DNA of 64,000 bases from contig MU053881.1 in NCBI GenBank assembly GCA_013239625.1, forward strand, positions 15,554,373 through 15,618,372. Reading direction: 5' to 3'. This document shows positions 40,866 to 64,000 of this stretch, piece after piece (within the stretch, counting starts at the first letter, position 1; each line of letters begins with the position of its first letter). Source of the DNA: Lama guanicoe. Taxonomy: Eukaryota. Under the pieces are notes generated by a model. That model ran no database searches. It saw only the letters and a program-made list of their open reading frames with translations, and had not been told where the DNA came from. Made by a program: the position numbers and the translations under genes.

Positions 40866-41310
40866 TGTTTTAGCTTCCCGAGGATGCTATAGCTTAAAAC
40901 AATGGAAATTAATTTTTTCACAGTTCTGGAGGCCCAGAGTCGAAGTCAAGATGTTGGCATGGCTATGCTTCTTGTTTTCTTCTTTTTTTAATGGAGGTAT
41001 GAGGGATTGAACCAAGGACCTTGTGCATACTAAGCACACACTATTGCTGAGCTACATGGACCCCCGCCGAGGGCCAGGCTTCTTCTGAAGGCTCTGAAAG
41101 AACTCTCCCATGACTTTCTCCTGGCTTCCGGTGGCTCCAGCAATTCTTGGCATCTTTTGGCTTGCAGAGGCATCCCTCTAATCTCTGCCTCCATGTCCAC
41201 ATGGCTTTCCCCCTGTATGTCTGTGCTTCTTCTCATCTTCTAAGGACATTAGATGCAGGGCTTATCTTAATCCAGTATGACCTTATCTTAATTTGACTAA
41301 ATACACCTCC
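40866..41310 (-). mobile_element. MLT1 LTR with an inserted SINE (~40983-41062)
   Basis: cacagttctggaggcc...gtcaagatgttggca...ccagtatgaccttatcttaa, with the SINE head on the minus strand. Confidence 0.7.
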
Positions 41311-41357
41311 CAAGACTCTCCCCAGTATGGGTGTGATCACCTTGCTCTGATGCTTTA

Positions 41358-41524
41358 TTTTTTAAAGTTTTAAAAATTGTTATCATTTTTTAAACATACA
41401 TACAGTTTGGTGGGGTAGATAATTAATTTTACTTAATTATTTAATGGAAGTACTGGGGATTGAACCCAGGATCTCAGGCATGCTAAGCACATGTTCTGCC
41501 ACTGAGCTATACCCTCCCCTCTCA
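41358..41524 (-). mobile_element. tRNA-derived SINE (Vic-1-like) with perfect 13-bp TSD
   Basis: Minus strand GGGGAGGGTATAGCTCAGTGGCAG...GGTTCAATCCCCAGTAC; TSD ctctgatgcttta at 41345-41357 and 41525-41537. Confidence 0.9.
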
Positions 41525-42530
41525 CTCTGATGCTTTAAATACTTGGGTTAATCCTTCGCAGGCTTGGGGCAAGGTATACAGAGATTTGCACTCAGATCTG
41601 ACTGAGACATCTGAGGCAATGGCCAAAATGTTTTCAGAGAAGACAGAATATCAAGCTTCAGAGTCTATTTATCTGATGTTCGTGGATAGAGTCTCCAACC
41701 AAGGCTTAGTTGTGTCCTGGTACATGAACTCGCCTGGCCCATCTGACCCTGTATACCAGTGACATGTCGTCAATTGAGCCTCAGCAACATGCAGCATCTA
41801 GGCCTGTCCCTGCTCTGACCCAGTTCGCTGTCTGACCTTAGGCAATCTCACTGAGCCTCAATTTCTTCCTCTGTAAAGTGGGTTCACGGTCTTCAATGGA
41901 TAAGATGGGTAAGGGTCCAGGCACAGAAGGAAGGATGAAAATCTTATTTCTCCTTCCTTCTCCCTTCTTGTTGCCAAGATCAGGGGCCATGTGATGTCTG
42001 TCCCTTCAAATGGATGAACACAGGGAGGGGATGAAGGAAGGAGAGCTGGTGTCCAACTCTTGATGAGTCTCTGGTTTGCTCTGTGACCTTAGCCAAGTCA
42101 ATGCCCTTCTTCAGGCCTCAGTTTCGCCACCTGTGAAGTGGGTACAGGAGGTTGGGCCTGAGGACCTCAAAAATCATTGCCAACGTTCAGAGCTGGGGTC
42201 TTTCTCAGACCCCAGTGTTGGGCCTGGGGGTTTCTTGTGTTGTTCAAAGAAGACTCCAACATCTTTTTTTTATAGGTAGAGAAAAATTTGGCCTCATTTT
42301 GGGGGAGCAGGCAGGAGTGCAGCATCTAAGACTAGGGGCTGCCTGGAAGCAGGAGGCAAGATAAAATAATCTGCAAGCAGGGCTTCACCACTTCCCATAG
42401 GGCAAGGGCATGTAGTCCCAGGCTTATTTGCATATGATGTGGTCCAGCCAATTGGAGCCTACGGCCATTGGCCCATGGCCTGGGATTGCCTCCCTGAGGT
42501 TCCATCCCAGGCATTTAGTCCCTGATTGGC

Positions 42531-53112
<10,582 letters not shown>

Positions 53113-53479
53113 GAGGTGCAGGTGCAGGGACCAGGCAAGTCCTCGACCCTTCCAGCCACCCGCGAGCCCCGGTGAGCGAAGTTGGCAGCGGCCGAGAAGG
53201 CAGGACTGCACGGAGGTGGGAGGATGCTCAGCCTCCGCAGCGAGACCTCACTCGGGTCCCTTTTGGTCCCCGGTGGGCTGGGCAAGGACTCTGTTGATCC
53301 TCTCTGGGGTCGTCTGCCTCCCTGCCGTCCTCTTCGTTTTCACGTCTGTTTCCGCCGTCTGTCTGTCCGTCCACCTGGCCTCCCACTCGGTCCGGCTGCT
53401 CAGGGCGGCCGAGTATCCACCACCCAGCCGTCTGGTCCTCTTCCTGGGTGATATTGTCAGCGCTGACTGCTGGAGGTCT

Positions 53480-53580
53480 TGGTGGGGCTAAAAGGGACAG
53501 CTGACGGCGGCGGGCTGAGGATTTATCGGGCTCCGGGGTCAGCGAAACTCCGCCCCTAGACTTGGGGGCGGGCAGGACCC
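53480..53580 (-). promoter_or_regulatory. SLC5A5: SLC5A5 proximal promoter (TATA-like GATAAAT plus GC boxes)
   Basis: Minus-strand GATAAAT at 53521-53527, about 410 nt upstream of the ATG, with GC boxes at 53550-53556 and 53564-53572. This is the arrangement described for the human NIS minimal promoter (recalled). Confidence 0.75.
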
Positions 53581-54373
53581 GCACCCTTTCCGCCCTGGAC
53601 TGGGTCACAGAGACTGGGACAGGACACGTTGGTGACTGTTGGGGATTGGGGGGAGGATCCCAAATGCTCCCCTTGCCTCAGCATTCAAATCCCCACTGTT
53701 TGTGTCTTGAGTTACCGGGAGCTCACTGACATACAGGACTGGGGTTTACTTTCAAGGTTGCACGGTCTCATAAGACAAATTTGCTCCACTTGAGCCCCTC
53801 CTCCAACAGGCACCTTGACCCACTACCTTTCTCTAAAGCCCAAGGGGAGGGCATCACCAAAACCCGCCCTCAGGTTAAGCTGAATGGGAGGCAATGGGGT
53901 TCTGAGGGCATACAAATTTGAGGAAGACTGCTTCTCTCTGGGCCTCAGTTTCCTCATCTGTAAATGGGGATAAAATAGCCCTTGCTTCAGAGAAATAAAC
54001 TGACTCTGCGTAACAGGAGCCTGGCACAGAGTTCACTCATTTCTTCATTCATTCATTCGTTGGTTCCATTACCAAACATGCATTTAGGGTCTACCCAAAG
54101 CCAGGTATTAAGTGTATCATGGAAATCATGGGGGAGGGGCTGTCAGTGGCCATAAACCCGAATAAGTGGAGAGACTGCAATGTCCCTATCCCACAAATGA
54201 GAGACTGAGGCACATGGGAAGGGGAAGTCTCTTGTTTGGGGTCATGTCATCAAGAAACCCAGCCACTTTCATCTTGGGGCCCTTTGCTGCTGGACCCGCA
54301 GGGACTTCGGCCTCTGGAGGCTCTGACCTCTGGGTTTGAGTCCTAACTCGACCTTCAAAGGCTCGGTTCCCTC

Positions 54374-54490
54374 AATGGGGAGGGTATAGCTCAAATGGTA
54401 GGATGCATGCTCAGCATGCATGAGGTCCTGGATTCAATCCCCAGTACCTCCTCAATAAACCTGATTGCCTCCCCCCACCAATAAATAAAT
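54374..54490 (+). mobile_element. tRNA-derived SINE (Vic-1-like) upstream of SLC5A5
   Basis: ggggagggtatagctcaaatggtagg...ggattcaatccccagtacctcc with flanking duplication ggttccctc. Confidence 0.85.
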
Positions 54491-54573
54491 CTGGGTTCCC
54501 TCCTCCACAAGCGGGAAGAATCTAAGAATCCACTGGGTTGAATGCTAGGGTACCGGAACCCTCCCCAGCTTCT

Positions 54574-54591
54574 GCCGCCCCCTAGTGGCCG
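54574..54591 (-). promoter_or_regulatory. CTCF motif
   Basis: The minus strand reads CGGCCACTAGGGGGCGGC, matching the core CCASYAGRKGGC. Confidence 0.7.
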
Positions 54592-57500
54592 CCTTTTGCC
54601 TACACGTGCCATCCAAGCTGGGTCCAGCATCTGCCAGGCTCCAGGCTTCCTCCTGTGTCGCCCGGGACTGTCTTTTCTCTCTCCCTCTCTGTGCACGGGT
54701 CCAGGGCAGGTCCGCTCTTCCTTGGGGCTGCGATACCACAGCTCCACATGGGCACCTATTGCCTGCTGGCATGCACCCAACGCCAGCGTCAGGAGGGTGG
54801 GGAGGACACCGAGTTCTTCCTCCTTCCACCTCCTTGCTGCATCCTTCTGGAAAATCTTTGTGAAAAAGGGGAAATCCGGGAGTTTTCCCCGCAAACCTTA
54901 GCAAATATGCAAATACATGCAAATTGATGTGAGTACAGGCGTAGCCGGCTGTCTCCTCCAGCAGGGGTGGTAGGGGGATCCGTCCCCTGCCAGCTCATTT
55001 CTTCTTCATTGGTGGAAGGAGGGTCCAGGCTGCAGACTGACATTTGGGCTGAGTCCCGTTCATTAAGCACCTACTGTGTGCAGGCGCCTGCACCCGGCAC
55101 TAGGAACACAGCAGGATCCAGATGGACCCACCCTGCACAAGGGCTCAAGGCTCTGACAAAGCCAGCAGATGAATATCCATTTCAGAAGCTGATGGATGAC
55201 AGGAGATGGTCCGGAGTGGGTCACCTTATGTGGGGCCTCAGGGAAGGGATCAGCAAGCAGAGAATGAGACAGGCTTGGCGAGAGATGGAGGGGAAGGCCA
55301 TGCGGTGGGAAGGAGCAGGACAGAGAGGGTCATAAAGGACCTTAAGCCTCGATGAGGGGTCTGGATTTTATTCTGAGGGCGTTGTGGGGGTGAGAAGGGG
55401 GGATTGGAGAGTTCGGAGCAAATGAGGAACCCAATGAGAAATGCATGGATTTAGAACATGTTCTGGACTTCCTGGACGTGAGAGGAGGTCGAATTGGGAG
55501 CCTTGAGAGGTGGAGGTGGAAGGTGGTGGGGAACAGGGAGGAAGAAGCAGTCCCACCTTCCTTGACTGTATGATTCCAATTATGGAATGGGAGGAAGGCA
55601 GGCAGGACCCCAGGACCCTCCACTGATGGGGGAAGAGGAGCAGGGTGATCCCTGAAGGCCCAGCAGGGGCAGAAATGTCTAAGAAGTCTAAGAAGGGGCA
55701 GAAATGTCAGGGTACTGGGTGGGTATCTGTTGCCTGGGCATCCCCAGCATCCCCACATCACCCTGGAGGGGTCAGAGATGAGAGGTTGTGAGCTACTCTA
55801 GCTCCAGCATGATCTGCTGGGTAACTGTCCTTGAACATCTAATCCTGCATTCAGTAAAAGCAAACCACTTTTACTATGGGTGGCTGTCACTGAGATTCCC
55901 TGGTTCCAAATCTGGAGATTCTGATCCCATGATTCTGAGTTTCTCTGGGTTTCAGGATCTAGTATGGGTCTCTGGGGCCCCCACTCAACTTGCCTTGCCT
56001 TAGTACTTGCCCTTGCTCCCATGGTCCTGATTCAAGAGTAAGGTGCAGCATGGGTCAGGGAGGGGCGGCTCTCCCCCCGGGCTCCCAGCCATGCCCGGGC
56101 CCTGACATGTGGCACCTGGATAAGCCCAGGGACAGGACCTGGGAGCGCCTCTGTACCTGAGGAGGTGGGCGGGGTCTACCGGGCTTCGCAGGTTCCAGAT
56201 TCCTGCCCTCATCATCCTTGGGCTGGCTGTGAGCCCAGGGAAGGGCCTGTTGCTCTCTGGGCCCCAGCTGACCAGTGGGGACTCTGTGATCCAACTGGCT
56301 GATCCCGTCACACAGGCCCCAAAGGGAAGGGCCCATTTCCTCCTAGCTCCAGGCCCTTGCTCTGGTTGGTCCTGGCACCTCCACTCCTGCCAGAGATAGA
56401 GGGCTCAGTTAAATGATTCTCACCTCCAGCCAGAGTCCCAATGGCTGCTCTAAGCAAGGTTTATAAGGAATTACCAGGTGGGTGTCTGGATAGTTATGAG
56501 TAGATGGAAGGGTGGCCGGCTGAATAGGCTTATGTTAGTGAGCCGGGGGCTCGCTCATTACTTGGTTTAGTCTCCTCAGTAACAAGATTGACCCTGTCCC
56601 CCAGCTGGTTGGGACAAAGCCATTCCAGCTGGTTCTCAGGCTGTAACAAGGATGAAGTCTTGGTGGCTTCAAGGTGGAGATGGGGGTGCATGGGGAGCCT
56701 TTGTGGAGCCCTGGCCCTCCACTTTCCAGGCAGTGCATTCTCTCGCAAGACTCCTGGCCTCTCGACCTCTAGCTCATCTGAAGCCTTCCCCACCCCTGCC
56801 CCCAGACCTAGGGGATCACCAACCCCACCCTACACAGGAAGAAAGTAAGGCTGAGAGGGCAGAGACTTGCCCCAGCACAGGCATCAAGGCCCACCTCCAG
56901 GCGATGAGTGACAGTTGTAGATCGTAGCCTAGAAATGACTGGTGTTTACTTCTCAAGTTCTATTCATGCAGACATAGGGTCAGGCATTCAAGCTCCTCCC
57001 ACCTTTTTGCTCTTGGGTATAAGTTCATGGCCAAAGACAGCTGCTGATGTGCCAGCTATCATGCCTATATTCTAGCCCAAATGGTAGTTCCTAGAAATAG
57101 CACATGTCACCTACTGCTAATATCACATGGTCATACCTAACTGAAAGAGGGGCTGAGAAACTTTTCTGGGTGCCATCTAGATACGGAGATCCCTATTACT
57201 GAGGAAGGAGGTGATTATTTGGGGGCAACTAGGAGTTTCTGCCAGAAATCACAAGATTAAATTGACTAGGCAAACATCAAGAAAAATTTGGCCTGGCTCC
57301 TGAAAATACACTTAAACATCAAAAAGTATCCTGAGAAAAAGTATTTGCAACATATGTGGGGAAGTATTTTCTCAGGCTTTCTGCCCCACATACATGAGCT
57401 GTAACAAAAAACAAACCCAGCACCCCAGTAGACACGGTTCACGTTCATTTTACTTTTCATGTGAAAAACTTTTATCAGGGCCAAATGCCTCTTCCACAGA

Positions 57501-59043
57501 AGGCAAAGCAAAATCAAGTCCCAGGGTTTTTTTCAGTCACAAGCTTGCTAACTTAACTCATGGTGTTAAGGCTGGAGAAAAATACGACCCCTTCTTAAAC
57601 GGTGTTGAGTGATTCAATACATCCATGGAAGGCATCTTGGCAGTTAACATCAAAAACTTGACCCAGCAATGCCAGGCCCAGGACTCTACTGTCATTATCC
57701 AATGTGGTGCAGATACAGGAAGAGGGCTACCCATTACCCTTTTCTGGGTACCCCCCACACTGAACTCTTCCTGGAGACAGTGTCACATGTGGTCCTGACA
57801 GGTTGGGGACAGAAATCCAACCAATAAACATGAGCAGACGTGTGGTTTACAAACCTCAGTGAGGCCAGTACAGCGATCTGTGGAGACCAATCTAGGCAGA
57901 GCCCTCAGCAAGTGCAAAGGCCAGGAGGTGGGAAGAGCCAAGGATATTGGAACAGCGGACAAAGCAGTCAGAAAGAACCCACGGTCTTTCCTGTGAGAAC
58001 AGCTAGCTGCATGTGAGCCCTGCCCCAGGTATATGGGCATCTCTCCAACAGATGGGGTCTGGAGTGAGCTGGTTTTCTGGAAATCGCCTGGGCTCATCAT
58101 GCCAACCAGCCCCACAGGCTGGGGAGGGGAGGCTGTGCCCTTGCTCAGGACCCTCCAGGTCAGGCTGCTCCCCTACACTACCCTTTTGTGTTTCAGCTTC
58201 TTCCTAACCCATGGCTCTTTGGAAAACAAGGCAGGTCCTCACTGACCTTGTCTCCACTGCCTGCACAGTGGTGACTCCCCAAGGCTTGTTAACGGTAAAT
58301 GATTGATACCTTGATCTTCTGAATAAGACACCAAGGTCCAAAGGGCTAGGGCTGCCCAAAGTGAAACACCAAGGACACACTCCAGCCATCTGAGCCTCAG
58401 CCTTCTGGGTGGTTACTACCCGCAGGGTGGGATTAACTTCATGCCTGGAATTCCCCAGGCCTCAAGCAGTTTGCTGGAGACAGATGCCCACTGTGAGACC
58501 TTTGCCTCCTTGGGCAGGATTAGGACAGCGTCATTCATTCAAGGGCCCCCAGTTGGTGAAGGGCAAACAAGTGCAGCAGAGCAGGCCCATGGCCCTCTTG
58601 GGTGCCCGCGCGCGTCTGCTCTGAGGATCCTGACCAGGGTTGTAGGCTGGGGGTAGGCGCAGACCCCAGAAGGAATGAATCAACCCAATTCCCTTCAGAA
58701 TCCAGCTGTCATCTCACCACTGCAGAAATGCAGGGAGATGGGGACAGTGTCTAACAAGGCAGGTGAGACAGATCTGGGGGCCAAACCTGTGCCTACAGCA
58801 CACCCTGGAGCTCATAGTAGAGGGGTGCCTGATGGCAGTGAATGAGCCAGAGAGCTGGGGGAGGAGGCCGGGGAGGGCATTCGCTATTCCTAGGGCTCCC
58901 CTTCTGGAGAATCCGGTGTTCGGGCTCCACTTAAGGAGGGCCCCTCCCAGAGCAGAGAACTCACAGCTTGGCTGCGTCCTTTAGAGTTCTGCAGGGCGTG
59001 CAAAGAAAATAAGTGTGTCTGAGCACCTGGTTTCCCCAAAGAG

Positions 59044-59049
59044 TTTATT
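59044..59049 (-). terminator. RPL18A: RPL18A polyadenylation signal AATAAA
   Basis: tttatt on the plus strand, about 30 nt past the stop codon. Confidence 0.9.
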
Positions 59050-59080
59050 TGGGCAGAAGGGGGACAGGAAGGCCCTGCAC

Positions 59081-62501
<3,421 letters not shown>

Positions 62502-63454
62502 AGCGCTCTATCCGCACTCGCCGCCACCCACGAAAAGGAAGTAGCCGCCCTCGCGCAGCCGCTCACCTTGACTTCGTTGACGGAAGTCCCTCCCCTTCGA
62601 GGACGCCAGTCTATTGGCTCCTCGGTCTCGCGCTCAATAAGAACTGCTTCTTCATTGGCTTCGGATCCGCCAACCTCTCACAGCCCCGCCTCTCTTCGCG
62701 GCGAGACTACAACTCCCAAGAAGCAGCGCGGCTAGACCCGTCTATTACACCGCGAACGTAAGGGAGCGTCAGCACGCGCGTCAAGCCGGGAGCTGCCCAA
62801 GAAGTCTCGGTGGGAAGTTCCGCGAGTGTTCCTCATCCCCGTGATGCTTCTGTATATAGAACCAGACCTTGGGTAATCGCGATGTTTATGGGGACATCGC
62901 GGCACTTCCTCCCACTCCGGGTCTCTTTTCACCCCGGAGCTCTCGAGCCACGGACCTGAGAATTCTCATCTGTAAAATGGAAATACTAGTGTTTTTCTCT
63001 AGAAATGTTGCAATAATCAGATAAAATAACCCGTGTGAAACGTCAGGCACAGAACAGTCAACAATTAACGAGCATTAACATTCATTAAACAATGGAATGC
63101 TAGTTATTATTGTGATTATTGGGAGGAGGTCTGGTTTGTGTTTCAAAGTAGCAGATTCAAACTCCTGCTTGCTTCCAGGACAGATCCTGGCGCAGCGTCT
63201 GACCGGGGCAGGGAGGGTGGTGCTAGAACTGATCTAGGTGCAGCCCCACCTTTGAGGGCCTTCGGGCTCAGCAATTTGCTCGGGCAAAAAGAGGCTCTCC
63301 TGGAGGGGAGACCGAGGGTGGAAAAGGAAAGAACTCACTATGTCAGGCTGTGAAGAAAAACGAAGAGGAAAGGGGATAAATTGGAGGGTTTATTTTAGGA
63401 GGGAGGGCTCTTGGAGGAGGTGACAACTGAGCCCAATTAGAATCTTTCTTTTTC

Positions 63455-64000
63455 AAACTAAATTAATAACAGCTTAATTGATAGACTTCACATACCATAC
63501 AATTCATCCATTTAAATTCAATGGTTTTTACTACAGTGTTTTTTACATTCACAGACACATTCATATATATATATACACACATATATACATACACACACAT
63601 ATATATATTATATAATATGCACAGTTGTGCAACATTACCATAAGCTTTAGAACATTTCCATTATCTCCCACAGAAACCCCTTACCCTTTACAGTCACTTG
63701 CCATTCAAAACTCTGCCTTCTCCAGCCCTAGGCAACTAAGAATCTACTTCCTGCCTCTATGGATTTCCCAATTCTAGACATTTTACATAATTGGAATCAT
63801 ACAAAATGAGATCTTTTGTGATTGGCTTCTTTCACTTAGCATAACGTTTTTAAGGTTCGTTCATATCTTCCCCTAGTTTGTTTTTCTTTTCAACTTTTTA
63901 ATTGAAGTATATAATCAGTTTACAATATGTCAATTTCTGGTGTACAGCATAACTTTTCAGTCATACATATACATACATATATTCGTTTTCATATTATTTT
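63455..64000 (-). mobile_element. L1 3' end fragments with an (AT/AC)n microsatellite
   Basis: cacagttgtgcaacattacc...cagccctaggcaac...ggcttctttcacttagcataa; microsatellite at about 63560-63620. Confidence 0.75.

Noticed and set aside
42426..42433. Single octamer ATTTGCAT in the SLC5A5 3'UTR
   Set aside because: An isolated 8-mer is expected by chance in 64 kb
53113..53211. In-frame GTG-initiated N-terminal extension of NIS
   Set aside because: Similarity to NIS starts at the ATG at 53112; the extension comes from the ORF caller allowing alternative start codons

Overview
Mammalian genomic DNA, very likely a camelid, judged from recurrent tRNA-derived Vic-1-like SINEs. It is syntenic with the human 19p13.11 block RPL18A/SNORA68 - SLC5A5 - CCDC124 - KCNN1, with every gene on the minus strand here. 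I reconstructed three complete spliced genes by hand, all with GT-AG introns and intact frames: RPL18A (5 exons, 176 aa, hosting the H/ACA snoRNA SNORA68 in intron 3), SLC5A5/NIS (15 exons, 642 aa) and CCDC124 (4 coding exons plus a non-coding exon 1, 223 aa). The first ~11 kb holds CpG-rich segments that by synteny should be the KCNN1 5' regulatory region; no KCNN1 coding exon is in the window. Positions ~23-41 kb are AT-rich and dense in repeats (nested ERV LTRs, MaLR, L1, MER20, SINEs). I found no convincing novel multi-gene system. The most interesting signals are regulatory: a near-perfect RE1/NRSE in SLC5A5 intron 13, an NUE-like CRE/kB element in RPL18A intron 4, a tandem kB plus double-octamer module and a strong CTCF motif upstream of SLC5A5, and a SINE that supplies the first canonical polyA hexamers after the NIS stop. 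There is also an orphan CpG island with a triplicated motif upstream of a small signal-peptide-like ORF. Gene, motif and repeat-family names come from recall of known sequences, not from database searches.
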